The notes beneath the pieces were generated by a model, which was not told where the DNA came from, made no database searches, and saw only the letters and a program-made list of their open reading frames with translations. From an uncultured Bacteroidales bacterium (GTDB lineage Bacteria > Bacteroidota > Bacteroidia > Bacteroidales > Muribaculaceae): a stretch of DNA of 64,000 bases. The DNA lies in the NCBI GenBank assembly GCA_947175245.1, contig CAMWLW010000001.1, positions 36,144 to 100,143 of the forward strand. The letters are read 5' to 3'. A program made the translations under genes and the position numbers. Below are positions 27,270-36,471 of the stretch, piece by piece. Every line of letters begins with the position of its first letter. Positions within the stretch are counted from its first letter, which is position 1.

Positions 27270-29846
27270 ATGAACAACATCCTCAATCGTCTCCTGATGC
27301 TGTCGGTAATTGTAACCGTCAGCTGTCAGCTTTTACTGGCGGTCGACAACCGGGGAATAACCGACACTATCGGCGGTGACGGCATGTTAGCCCTGCTGCA
27401 ACCCGCTCCCGGCAACAGCAGCGTGAAACCGTTGCCTGTCTTTGTCGACCCCGACGATGCCAAGGGTGTGGAAATTGCCGCCCGCAATCTCTGCGGCGAC
27501 TTCGGTAAAGTATGCGGGACCGAGGCCACGCTCGTCACGACCGGCATAGGCGGTAAGGGCGATATTATCATCGTGGGCACGATTGATTCCAAATTGATAA
27601 AACCACTGCTCGACTCGGGCGCCATCGACCGCAGCGAGCTCGAAGGCAAGAACGAGAAATACATCATGACGACTGTCGCCTCACCCTACCCCGGCATATC
27701 TAACGCACTGGTGATTGCCGGCAGCGACCGTCGCGGAGCGATATACGGCATATATGAATTGTCAGAACTCATCGGTGTCTCTCCCTGGTATGACTGGGCC
27801 GACGTCCCAGTCGGGCACAAAAATCACCTATATATTAAGGAAGGGACATACACAGCCGGCGAGCCGGCCGTCAAGTATCGAGGCATATTCCTCAACGACG
27901 AGGGGCCGTGTCTCATGAACTGGGTGAAAAACACCTACGGTACATCATACGGCGACCACCGTTTTTATGAGCGTGTTTTTGAGCTCATACTGCGACTGCG
28001 CGGCAACTTCCTGTGGCCGGCCATGTGGGCATGGGCGTTCTATGCCGACGACCCCGAGAACAGCCGTCTGGCCGACGAGATGGGTGTGATTATAGGCACG
28101 TCCCACCACGAGCCAATGGCACGCAATCACCAGGAATGGGCACGCCGGCGCGCCGACTTCGGGGCGTGGAACTATGCCACCAACCAAAAGACCATCGACA
28201 AGTTCTTTAAAGAGGGTATCAGCCGAATGAACGGCACCGAAGACGTGGTGACTATCGGCATGCGCGGCGACGGCGACGAGGCCATGAGCGCCGATGCCGA
28301 TGTTGCACTGCTCAAAAAAATAATATCAAACCAGCGCAAGATTATCGCCCGCGAGACCGGCAAAAGCGCCGACAAGACCCCACAGGTGTGGGCCCTGTAT
28401 AAAGAGGTGCTTGACTACTATGATGCAGGCCTCCGCGTGCCCGACGACGTGACACTGCTGCTGTGTGACGACAACTGGGGCAACGTGCGCCGTCTGCCCA
28501 CAGCCAAGGAGCGTACCCATCCCGGCGGCTGGGGCATGTATTACCATGTCGACTATGTAGGCGCGCCGCGCAACAGCAAGCTGCTCAACTGCACCCCCAT
28601 TCAAAACATGTGGGAACAGCTTCAGCTCACCTACGACTATGGCGTCGACCGCCTGTGGATTCTCAATGTCGGCGACCTCAAACCGATGGAATACCCCATC
28701 ACCCTGTTCCTCGACATGGCATGGAACCCCAAGGCGTTCACTGTCGACAACCTGTTGGGTCACACGCTCGAGTTCTTTGAACAGCAACTGGGGCCCGATC
28801 AGGCAGCCGAGGCAGCCCGCATATTCAACCTGCTGTGCAAATACAACGGACGCGTCACTCCCGAGCTGCTCGACCGCAACACTTATAACCTCAACACCGG
28901 CGAGTGGAAAAATGTCGCCGACGACTTTGCACGTCTCGAGGCCGAGGCCCTGCGTCAATACCTGACACTCGCGCCCGAGTACCGCGACACCTACAAGGAG
29001 CTCATACTCTTCCCCGTCCAGGTCATGGCCAACCTGTATGAGATGTATTACTCACAGGCCATGAACCACGACCTCTACAACCGGGGCATGGCCGAGGCAA
29101 ACACTTGGGCCGACAATGTCGAGAAATGCTTCACCCGCGACGCCGAGCTTATGAACGAGTACAACCACATCATAGCCGGCGGCAAGTGGAACGGCATGAT
29201 GACCCAGAACCACATAGGCTACACCGACTGGCACGACTGGTTTGACGGCGACACGCTGCCCGAGACGTTCCGCGTCGGTGACACCGACCCGATGGCCGGC
29301 GGCCACACATTCAGCCATTCAGACGGCTACGTTGCTATCGAGGCCGAGCATTTCATGAACGCGACCAATCCGGCGGCCAATGCCGCGTGGACGCGTCTGC
29401 CCTATGTGGGCCGCACTCTCGGAGCCATCGCCGTCATGCCCTACACCGAGCCTGTTGACGGCGCGAGCGTGACCTACAGCTTCACACTCCCGGCCGGGAC
29501 CGACAGCGTCAACGTACACGTCATCACCAAATCTACACTCGCCTTCGCCCGTCTCGACGGCCACCGCTACAACGTGTCGGTCGATGGCGGCGAGCCCGTG
29601 ACCGTGAATTTCAACGGCAACATGAACGAGCGCCCCGAGAACATCCACACCAACTACTATCCCGTCATAGCACGCCGCGTGGTCGAAAAGACCGCGGGCT
29701 GCAAAGTCAACGCCGGTGCCGACACCCACACGCTCACTCTCACGCCGCTCGACCCGGGCATCGTATTCGAGAAGATTGTCATCGACTATGGCGGCTACGC
29801 CCCGGCCTACCTTTTTGGAAATGAATCAAAATGCACTAAATTATAA
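27270..29846 (+). CDS. GH115 xylan alpha-1,2-glucuronidase
   Basis: The ORF track start at 27210 is TTG; the ATG at 27270 gives MNNILNRLLMLSVIVTVS. YRGIFLNDEGPCLMNWVKNTYG ... FYERVFELILRLRGNFLWPAMW ... IGTSHHEPM ... YYHVDYVGAPR is the GH115 core as I know it. About 860 aa, typical for the family. Confidence 0.85.
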   Translation: MNNILNRLLMLSVIVTVSCQLLLAVDNRGITDTIGGDGMLALLQPAPGNSSVKPLPVFVDPDDAKGVEIAARNLCGDFGKVCGTEATLVTTGIGGKGDIIIVGTIDSKLIKPLLDSGAIDRSELEGKNEKYIMTTVASPYPGISNALVIAGSDRRGAIYGIYELSELIGVSPWYDWADVPVGHKNHLYIKEGTYTAGEPAVKYRGIFLNDEGPCLMNWVKNTYGTSYGDHRFYERVFELILRLRGNFLWPAMWAWAFYADDPENSRLADEMGVIIGTSHHEPMARNHQEWARRRADFGAWNYATNQKTIDKFFKEGISRMNGTEDVVTIGMRGDGDEAMSADADVALLKKIISNQRKIIARETGKSADKTPQVWALYKEVLDYYDAGLRVPDDVTLLLCDDNWGNVRRLPTAKERTHPGGWGMYYHVDYVGAPRNSKLLNCTPIQNMWEQLQLTYDYGVDRLWILNVGDLKPMEYPITLFLDMAWNPKAFTVDNLLGHTLEFFEQQLGPDQAAEAARIFNLLCKYNGRVTPELLDRNTYNLNTGEWKNVADDFARLEAEALRQYLTLAPEYRDTYKELILFPVQVMANLYEMYYSQAMNHDLYNRGMAEANTWADNVEKCFTRDAELMNEYNHIIAGGKWNGMMTQNHIGYTDWHDWFDGDTLPETFRVGDTDPMAGGHTFSHSDGYVAIEAEHFMNATNPAANAAWTRLPYVGRTLGAIAVMPYTEPVDGASVTYSFTLPAGTDSVNVHVITKSTLAFARLDGHRYNVSVDGGEPVTVNFNGNMNERPENIHTNYYPVIARRVVEKTAGCKVNAGADTHTLTLTPLDPGIVFEKIVIDYGGYAPAYLFGNESKCTKL

Positions 29847-29874
29847 TCATTCACTAAAAAACAACCTGATCAGT

Positions 29875-31191
29875 ATGGAAAAGAAAGAGTACTTTCCCGG
29901 TATAGGGAAAATCAAATTTGAGGGTACTACAAGCTACAACCCCCTGGCCTACCGCTACTATGACGCCGAGAAAATGATTCTTGGCAAGCCCATGAAAGAA
30001 TGGCTTAAATTTGCCATGGCATGGTGGCACACACTTTGTGCCGAGGGTGGCGACCAGTTTGGCGGCGGCACGAAGAAATTCCCCTGGAACGCAGCCGAGT
30101 GCCCCATTCAGCGCGCAAAAGACAAAGTTGACGCCGGCTTTGAAATCATGGAGAAGCTCGGTATCGAATATTTCTGCTTCCACGATGTCGATCTCGTTGA
30201 CGAGGGCTCATCGGTCGAGGAGTACGAGGCCAATCTCAAGGCCGTCGTAGCCTACATCAAGGAGAAGATGAAAGGCACCAACATCAAGAACCTCTGGGGC
30301 ACAGCCAATGTGTTCGGCAACGCCCGCTACATGAACGGCGCCGCCACCAACCCCGACTTTGACGTCGTGGCCCGCGCGGCAGTCCAGATCAAGAACGCCA
30401 TCGATGCCACTATCGAGCTCGGCGGTCAGAACTATGTGTTCTGGGGTGGCCGTGAGGGCTACATGAGCCTGCTTAACACCGACCAGAAGCGCGAGAAAGA
30501 GCATCTGGCCACCATGCTCACCATGGCACGCGACTATGCACGCGCCAAGGGCTTCACCGGCACATTCCTCATCGAGCCCAAGCCCATGGAACCCTCAAAA
30601 CACCAGTATGACGTCGACACCGAGACCGTTATCGGTTTCCTCAAAGCCCACGGTCTCGAGAAGGACTTCAAGGTGAACATCGAGGTTAACCACGCCACCC
30701 TCGCCGGCCACACATTTGAGCACGAGCTCGCCGTGGCTGTCGACAACGGCATGCTCGGCTCGATCGACGCCAACCGTGGTGACTATCAGAACGGCTGGGA
30801 CACCGACCAGTTCCCCATCGACAACTTCGAGCTCACCCAGGCCATGATGCAGATCATTCGCAACGGTGGCCTCGGCAACGGCGGCACCAACTTCGACGCC
30901 AAGACCCGTCGCAACTCGACCGACCTAGAGGATATCTTCATCGCCCACATCGCCGGCATGGACGCCATGGCACGCGCTCTCGAGTGCGCCGCCAACATCC
31001 TCGAGAAGTCACCCTACAAGAAGATGCTCGCCGACCGTTACGCCTCGTTCGACAGCGGCGAGGGCAAGGCATTTGAGGAGGGCAAACTCACTCTTGAGCA
31101 GCTCGCAGCCATCGGCACCAAGGTCAACGAGCCCGCTCAGACCTCGGGCAAACAGGAGCTCTACGAGGCCATCGTGAACATGTACGTATAA
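29875..31191 (+). CDS. xylA: Xylose isomerase
   Basis: The ORF track start at 29716 overlaps GH115. The ATG at 29875 gives MEKKEYFPGIGKIKFEGTTSYNPLAYRYYD and a 438-aa product. Signatures: FCFHDVD, NYVFWGGREGY, LIEPKPMEP, VNIEVNHATLAGHTFEHEL. Confidence 0.97.
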   Translation: MEKKEYFPGIGKIKFEGTTSYNPLAYRYYDAEKMILGKPMKEWLKFAMAWWHTLCAEGGDQFGGGTKKFPWNAAECPIQRAKDKVDAGFEIMEKLGIEYFCFHDVDLVDEGSSVEEYEANLKAVVAYIKEKMKGTNIKNLWGTANVFGNARYMNGAATNPDFDVVARAAVQIKNAIDATIELGGQNYVFWGGREGYMSLLNTDQKREKEHLATMLTMARDYARAKGFTGTFLIEPKPMEPSKHQYDVDTETVIGFLKAHGLEKDFKVNIEVNHATLAGHTFEHELAVAVDNGMLGSIDANRGDYQNGWDTDQFPIDNFELTQAMMQIIRNGGLGNGGTNFDAKTRRNSTDLEDIFIAHIAGMDAMARALECAANILEKSPYKKMLADRYASFDSGEGKAFEEGKLTLEQLAAIGTKVNEPAQTSGKQELYEAIVNMYV

Positions 31192-31216
31192 TGCTCGCAA
31201 TACCTGCACTAATCAC

Positions 31217-32707
31217 ATGTACCTATTAGGATATGACATAGGCAGCTCGTCGGTCAAAGCGGCGCTGGTCGATGCCGTCACCGGCAAGTGTGTCGCATCA
31301 GACTTCTTCCCCAAGAACGAGGCGCCGATCAAAGCCCTGCGCCAGGGCTGGGCCGAGCAGGAACCTGCCAACTGGTGGAAATACCTCAAGGAAGCCACCG
31401 CCGCGGTTCTCGCCGGGAGCAAGATTGACCCGGCCACGATCAAAGCGATCGGCATCAGCTATCAGATGCACGGTCTCGTGGCCATCGACAAGGATCACAA
31501 CGTCCTGCGCGACGCCATCATCTGGTGTGACTCGCGCGGCGTGCCCTACGGCGACAAGGCTTTCAGCGAGCTCGGGGCCGACACCTGCCTGCCCCGACTG
31601 CTCAACTCGCCCGGCAACTTCACCGCAGCCAAGCTACGTTGGCTCAAGGAGGAAGAACCCGAGGTATTTGAGCGCATATATAAGGTAATGCTGCCCGGCG
31701 ACTACATCGCCATGAGGCTCACAGGCGAGATATGCACCAATCCCGAGGGACTGTCTGAGTACATGCTGTGGGACTTCAAGGATAACGCACCGGCACGGTT
31801 CCTCATGGACTACTACGGCTTCCCGGCCGACATATTCCCCGAGGTCAAGCCCACGTTCAGCGAGCAGGGACGCCTCACCGAGAGCGCTGCCCGCGAACTC
31901 GGACTCGCCGCCGGCACCCCGGTAACCTACCGCGCCGGCGACCAGCCCAACAACGCCCTGTCGCTCAACGTGTTCAATCCCGGCGAAGTCGCCTCGACAG
32001 CCGGCACGTCGGGCGTGGTCTACGGCATCAACGGCACGGTCGACTACGACCCCCGTTCGCGCGTCAACAACTTCGCCCACGTCAATCACTCGGCCGGGCT
32101 GACACGCGTCGGCGTCATGACCTGCATCAACGGCACAGGTATTCTCAACACCTGGATCAAGCGCAACGTTGCCCCCGACGGCATAAGCTATGCCGAGATG
32201 AACGACCTTGCAGCCACCGTCCCCGTCGGCAGCCAAGGGGTCACCATCCTGCCGTTCGGCAACGGTGCTGAGCGCGTGCTCGAGAACCGTCAGATTGGAT
32301 GCTCAATGCACGGCATCAACTTCAACATCCACAACCGCTGTCACATAATACGCGCCGCCCAGGAGGGCATCGTGTTCTCGTTCATGTACGGCATGGAGAT
32401 AATGGAGTCGATAGGCATGGACATCAAGCGCATACATGCCGGCAACGCCAACATGTTCCTCAGCCCCATCTTCCGCGACACGCTGGCATCGGTATCGGGA
32501 GCCACAATCGACCTGATCGACACCGACGGCGCAGCAGGCGCTGCCAAAGGCGCCGGCATCGGCGCCGGGATATATGCCGACAACAACGAGGCATTCTCGT
32601 CGCTCAAAGTGCTCAAGGTAATCGAGCCGGCAGCCGACCGCACGCCCTACCTCGAGGCATACGCCCGCTGGAAAAGCGTGTTGAAACAACAGCTCGAAAC
32701 TGTCTGA
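31217..32707 (+). CDS. xylB: Xylulokinase (FGGY-family carbohydrate kinase)
   Basis: MYLLGYDIGSSSVKAALVD (FGGY N-terminal ATPase motif). GISYQMHGLV. AGDQPNNALS. HAGNANMFLSPIFRD. It directly follows xylA. Confidence 0.9.
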   Translation: MYLLGYDIGSSSVKAALVDAVTGKCVASDFFPKNEAPIKALRQGWAEQEPANWWKYLKEATAAVLAGSKIDPATIKAIGISYQMHGLVAIDKDHNVLRDAIIWCDSRGVPYGDKAFSELGADTCLPRLLNSPGNFTAAKLRWLKEEEPEVFERIYKVMLPGDYIAMRLTGEICTNPEGLSEYMLWDFKDNAPARFLMDYYGFPADIFPEVKPTFSEQGRLTESAARELGLAAGTPVTYRAGDQPNNALSLNVFNPGEVASTAGTSGVVYGINGTVDYDPRSRVNNFAHVNHSAGLTRVGVMTCINGTGILNTWIKRNVAPDGISYAEMNDLAATVPVGSQGVTILPFGNGAERVLENRQIGCSMHGINFNIHNRCHIIRAAQEGIVFSFMYGMEIMESIGMDIKRIHAGNANMFLSPIFRDTLASVSGATIDLIDTDGAAGAAKGAGIGAGIYADNNEAFSSLKVLKVIEPAADRTPYLEAYARWKSVLKQQLETV

Positions 32708-32730
32708 TTAGGTTTTACCAATACAACACG

Positions 32731-32772
32731 AACAGGCGGTACCTCAATTTGACGGTATCGCCTGTTTTATTT
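32731..32772 (+). terminator. Rho-independent terminator after xylB
   Basis: 13-bp stem aacaggcggtacc (32731-32743) / ggtatcgcctgtt (32754-32766) with one G-U pair and a 10-nt loop, followed by ttatttg. It starts 24 nt after the xylB stop. Confidence 0.6.
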
Positions 32773-32794
32773 GTATCATTGTACCTCAACGGCT

Positions 32795-32836
32795 AAAAAA
32801 ACGAAATCCAACGACTCTTCACGAGCCATTGGATCC
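32795..32836 (-). terminator. Candidate rho-independent terminator after the long nagB gene
   Basis: On the minus strand there is an imperfect hairpin (atccaa / ttggat plus inner pairs, 32803-32837) followed by T7, which is the plus-strand A-run at 32795-32801. Confidence 0.45.
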
Positions 32837-32874
32837 CTAACCTATGATTCACTTATTAAAACAATTATTATCGT

Positions 32875-34854
32875 TTATTTAATCGGCTTGTATTCAACAA
32901 ATGCCTCCATAGCCTCATAGCTTGCCAGACCTAAGTCCTGATACAGCTTGGCTGTAGCACGGTTGCGCTCCTCGGCACGTTGCCAGAACAGGCGGTCATC
33001 ATCACCCAGGAAGGGCGCGTTCTCCATCTGTGACTGGTGTTTGAGAATTGAGTTACGCTTGAAACGCAGCTCCTCGGGGCTGATGGGCACAGCCATCTCG
33101 ATGTGGTCGATTTCCCACTCGGCCCAGGCACCGCGGTACATCCACACGCGGCAGTCCTGCATCCAGGGCTGATCCTGCAGCTCGTCGATGGCAGCCAGTA
33201 CGGCGTCGGTACATACACGGTGTGTACCGTGGGGGTCGGCAAGGTCACCGGCCACGAATATCTGATGAGGTTTCACATCCTCGATAAGTTTCTTGACGAT
33301 ATTGACGTCGCGCTCTGACAGCTCACCCTTCTTGATAGTGCCGGTCTCATAGAACGGCAGTCGCAGGAAGTGGATATGGTCGGGCTTCACGCCTATAAAG
33401 TTGCAGGCGATGGTAGCCTCGGCCTGGCGTATCATGGTCTTGATCTCACGAATCTCGGGCAGGTCGGTCTCACCGGCTTTCTTGTTGGCCACGAAAGCCG
33501 ACAGGTCGGCGCTCAACTTCTTGTAGCCCTCGGTGTCAAAGCCAAACTGGGGCGCGATCTTGTCGAACATCATGAAGTAGCGCATCATGTCCTCGTCGCC
33601 CACGGCGATGTTGCCCGAGGTCTCGTATGCTACATGCACATCGTGGTGCTGGTCGACGAGACGCTTCAGCGTGCCGCCCATCGAGATGACGTCATCATCG
33701 GGGTGAGGGCTGAACACGATAACGCGCTTGGGATAGGGAGTCGCGCGCTCGGGACGGTAGGTGTCGTCGGCATTGGGTTTGCCGCCGGGCCAGCCGGTGA
33801 TAGTGTGCTGCAGCTCGTTGAACACCTTTATGTTAACATTGTAAGCCGAGCCATAGAGAGCTACGAGCTCGCCGAGACCGTTGTCGTTATAGTCTTTGTC
33901 GGTGAGTTTCAGAATCGGTTTCTGGATAAGCTGGCTGAGCCATACGATAGCACGGCGTATGAGCTTGTCGTTCCACTCACACGAGGTCACCTTCCAGGGC
34001 ATGCTCAGGCGTGTCAGTGCCTCGGCTGCCGCGAGGTCGAGAGCTATGCGGGCGTGATTGTGAAGCTGGAGGAACGAGGCGGGAACAGCGTCGGTGACGG
34101 GGCCTTCGATAGCCTCGGCAACCACCTTCGAGCGGTTTTCGCCCCAGGCCATGCTCATAACGCGACCCGACTTCATGATGTCGCCGATGCCGAGTGTGAT
34201 AGCCGATGTGGGGAAGTCATCAACGCCATAGTCCTTGCTCAGCGACTGGCGCACCTCGCCGCTCAGCAACACCAGGCGGCAGTTGCTTGTCGACAGCGAG
34301 CCGGGCTCGTTGAAACCAAGCGCACCCATCGGGCCAATCTCACAAATCGTGAGGTCAAGGCCACCCTCGGCCTCGATGCTTGCCGTGTACTCGCGGCAAT
34401 AGTCATACATGTTGTCCTTTGTCACAGCCGGGTTAAAGGTGTGAATATTCTCGGGCTTGATGTTGATATGGTCGAGTAACACCTGCTTGAGTCGCTCTAT
34501 CGTGCTGGGGCCCTGGGGCTTCAGCGGGAAGAACTCATTGAGGTTGAAAATAACTACATTTTCAAACGATACCTTGCCCTGCTTGTACATCTCAATGAGC
34601 GATGCATACACCGGGTGGGTAGAACGGCCGGCACCAAGAGCAATTACACACTTGCCGTGATCGGCCACGCTTTTCTCGATACGCGCCACGACGTGACGAG
34701 CCAGATACTCGCTGCCCTCGACAGGTGTTTCAAAGATACGGGTGTAAGTCTTTTCTTCACGGGTAAGTGCTGCAATCTCTAACTCCCCCTCGGGGGCATA
34801 ATATTTGCTGGGGATATGTTCCAGCTTGATCTGTGAACTTAAGTTAGTTTTCAT
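32875..34854 (-). CDS. nagB: Long-form glucosamine-6-phosphate deaminase: NagB-like N-terminal half fused to a PIG-L/LmbE-type (putative deacetylase) C-terminal half
   Basis: The ATG at 34852-34854 gives MKTNLSSQIKLEHIP and a 659-aa product. The N-terminal half has the NagB/6-phosphogluconolactonase fold pattern (VIALGAGRSTHPVY ... VIFNLNEF ... ICEIGPMGALGFNEPGS). The C-terminal half carries VFSPHPDDDVISMGGT, the PIG-L HPDD metal-binding motif. Confidence 0.75.
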   Translation of the reverse strand: MKTNLSSQIKLEHIPSKYYAPEGELEIAALTREEKTYTRIFETPVEGSEYLARHVVARIEKSVADHGKCVIALGAGRSTHPVYASLIEMYKQGKVSFENVVIFNLNEFFPLKPQGPSTIERLKQVLLDHINIKPENIHTFNPAVTKDNMYDYCREYTASIEAEGGLDLTICEIGPMGALGFNEPGSLSTSNCRLVLLSGEVRQSLSKDYGVDDFPTSAITLGIGDIMKSGRVMSMAWGENRSKVVAEAIEGPVTDAVPASFLQLHNHARIALDLAAAEALTRLSMPWKVTSCEWNDKLIRRAIVWLSQLIQKPILKLTDKDYNDNGLGELVALYGSAYNVNIKVFNELQHTITGWPGGKPNADDTYRPERATPYPKRVIVFSPHPDDDVISMGGTLKRLVDQHHDVHVAYETSGNIAVGDEDMMRYFMMFDKIAPQFGFDTEGYKKLSADLSAFVANKKAGETDLPEIREIKTMIRQAEATIACNFIGVKPDHIHFLRLPFYETGTIKKGELSERDVNIVKKLIEDVKPHQIFVAGDLADPHGTHRVCTDAVLAAIDELQDQPWMQDCRVWMYRGAWAEWEIDHIEMAVPISPEELRFKRNSILKHQSQMENAPFLGDDDRLFWQRAEERNRATAKLYQDLGLASYEAMEAFVEYKPIK

Positions 34855-34970
34855 TGGTAAGTACAATTCTACGACACAAAAGTATAAAAAATTTACCAAC
34901 CATAATAAAAAACCACCTAAAAAATCACCCTATTTAATAAATTTTATTCAAAAGTATCACCCCAACCGCC

Positions 34971-35201
34971 TTACATATATAATATACGCCTCTCGAGAGT
35001 CGACTGCATCAAATTAATTTGTTCAGTTGCAGCCCATACGCCATTATCGATTACGGCAATACGGCGTCGGTTTTTCATATCTATTATTATCACGCTTTCG
35101 GGCGTCGGTGAATACTTACTTAAAATCATGTATTGTATTCCTGAGTCAATAAAAGTTTCAAATTTCCATTCAGGAACAAGTTGCTCTTTGTCAACATACA
35201 T
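34971..35201 (-). CDS. Small hypothetical protein (76 aa) in the AT-rich islet
   Basis: ATG-initiated ORF with non-degenerate composition (MYVDKEQLVPEWKFETFIDSGIQYMIL...). No recognisable motif and no convincing promoter directly upstream. Confidence 0.3.
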   Translation of the reverse strand: MYVDKEQLVPEWKFETFIDSGIQYMILSKYSPTPESVIIIDMKNRRRIAVIDNGVWAATEQINLMQSTLERRILYM

Positions 35202-35240
35202 GAATGTGCCGATTTAAACTAAACTTCAATTGTGGACTCG

Positions 35241-35267
35241 AAAAGTCAACAGACTGTTGACTTTTTT
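35241..35267. terminator. Perfect 11-bp hairpin with a T-tract; terminator candidate between the two islet ORFs
   Basis: aaaagtcaaca (35241-35251), loop gac, tgttgactttt (35255-35265), then tt. The T-run is stronger on the plus strand, while the adjacent genes are on the minus strand, so the orientation is ambiguous. Confidence 0.45.
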
Positions 35268-35382
35268 ATACCATCTTCGCGCCGACTTCATGTTAGGAAG
35301 TGACAACCGAATCTCGCCGGAAAACGCTGCACGCAAATCTGATTATCTGACACCAGCTCTAACCATATTAAACTAAACACTG

Positions 35383-36330
35383 TCACCTAAGTTGTATTTT
35401 CGAAGTCTTAGTATATCCATTACTAAATACCTCTTCCTTAATATATAATCCCGGAGTAAATGTATAATTCATAAAATCGGTGAGCGACCCTTTAAACAAC
35501 GGTATGCCATCTAATGTAAATAAGGTAATTTCTTTTATGATATTATAATCGAATATATCGTCAGATGACACATATTTAGAACCGGCTTCCTCTTTGTTGC
35601 CCTCATAGGTAGGCGCATATTCCAGTGTTTCTGAGACTGATCCATATTTATTTGAGACAATAATAGTAACCCAGCTATAATACAATTTTGTGATATTCCC
35701 GGTTTTTATATGAGCTAAATATGGTTCATCAAAACGATAACTTCTAAGAGTTGTATTATATTCTTCCTCAATTTCAACTGAAACATAGTCAGCACCGGCA
35801 TAATGAACATTGAAATCCAAAGAAAATTCATATTGGCCGTTATCGACAATAGTAATATCACTAATAGAGATTATGGTTGGCTTTAACTCCAACGATAGTG
35901 TAAATGGAATTGCGTTGCATTGTTCACCATTCAATGTGTATTCACACTCTATTCGGCCTTCCAAGTCTCCATTTATGGTTACAAAATTTTGCTCAGGAGA
36001 TTGTACAGCAGGTATAGAGAAGGTCTCATCAGTTCCGTCGGTTATCTGAACATAATCACCAATTTCATTCTTTAAAAGAAATTTCCACTTATAATTATCG
36101 ACATTTTCATCTCCCATCAAAAGAGAAAATACGTAGGACTCATAGGCAGAACCTATACCATTGCTTGATATGTCATTACACTGAATAGAGAAGCCCGATT
36201 GAGGCAAAGATGAAGTATTTGAATTGACACTTTCAGTGCAGCGTATATATTCTTTTGCGATATCGGGAGATGAGGCCCGGGTGCCCGGTACCCCCGCAAG
36301 CAAAATCGAAATCAACAGCAATAGTCTCAT
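35383..36330 (-). CDS. Hypothetical secreted protein with a T9SS C-terminal sorting domain; AT-rich, function unknown
   Basis: The ORF track start at 36342 is TTG; the ATG at 36328-36330 gives MRLLLLISILLAGVPGTRA (signal peptide). The C-terminus ITLFTLDGIPLFKGSLTDFMNYTFTPGLYIKEEVFSNGYTKTSKIQLR fits the Por/T9SS CTD pattern. I recognised no catalytic or binding motif. Confidence 0.6.
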   Translation of the reverse strand: MRLLLLISILLAGVPGTRASSPDIAKEYIRCTESVNSNTSSLPQSGFSIQCNDISSNGIGSAYESYVFSLLMGDENVDNYKWKFLLKNEIGDYVQITDGTDETFSIPAVQSPEQNFVTINGDLEGRIECEYTLNGEQCNAIPFTLSLELKPTIISISDITIVDNGQYEFSLDFNVHYAGADYVSVEIEEEYNTTLRSYRFDEPYLAHIKTGNITKLYYSWVTIIVSNKYGSVSETLEYAPTYEGNKEEAGSKYVSSDDIFDYNIIKEITLFTLDGIPLFKGSLTDFMNYTFTPGLYIKEEVFSNGYTKTSKIQLR

Positions 36331-36369
36331 AATAAGCAACAATTAAAACAACAATTCTCGTTATAGTTG

Positions 36370-36400
36370 CAAACTTAAAAATATATTTTGAATTGGCAAA
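36370..36400 (-). promoter_or_regulatory. Canonical Bacteroidetes promoter (TTTG-N19-TAAGTTTG) for the islet T9SS-cargo gene
   Basis: The plus strand has caaactta at 36370-36377 and caaa at 36397-36400, which on the minus strand is TTTG, a 19-nt spacer, then TAAGTTTG. It lies 40 nt upstream of the ATG at 36330. Confidence 0.5.
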
Positions 36401-36463
36401 AAATATTTTTACATTCGGCCCGCGGGTTAGGGTTAAAAATTTTTCGTATTGGATTTATTTCGC

Positions 36464-36471
36464 TAAATTTG
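36464..36471 (+). promoter_or_regulatory. Candidate -7 box TAAATTTG for dnaX
   Basis: TAAATTTG ends 29 nt upstream of the dnaX ATG. The -33 position reads TTTC rather than TTTG. Confidence 0.35.

Noticed and set aside
29716-29874. An N-terminal extension of xylA overlapping the end of GH115, corresponding to the ORF track start at 29716.
   Set aside because: The extension is Arg/Ser/Thr-rich with no similarity to xylose isomerases. The internal ATG at 29875 gives the canonical MEKKEYFPGI... N-terminus and the usual ~438-aa length.
35214-35378. An 11-bp direct repeat ttaaactaaac at 35214-35224 and 35368-35378, bracketing a ~143-bp segment that contains the hairpin. I considered a MITE-like insertion with a target-site duplication.
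   Set aside because: There are no terminal inverted repeats inside the bracket. The repeat is AT-rich low-complexity sequence in an AT-rich region, so chance is plausible. I could detect no second copy of the internal segment in the window.
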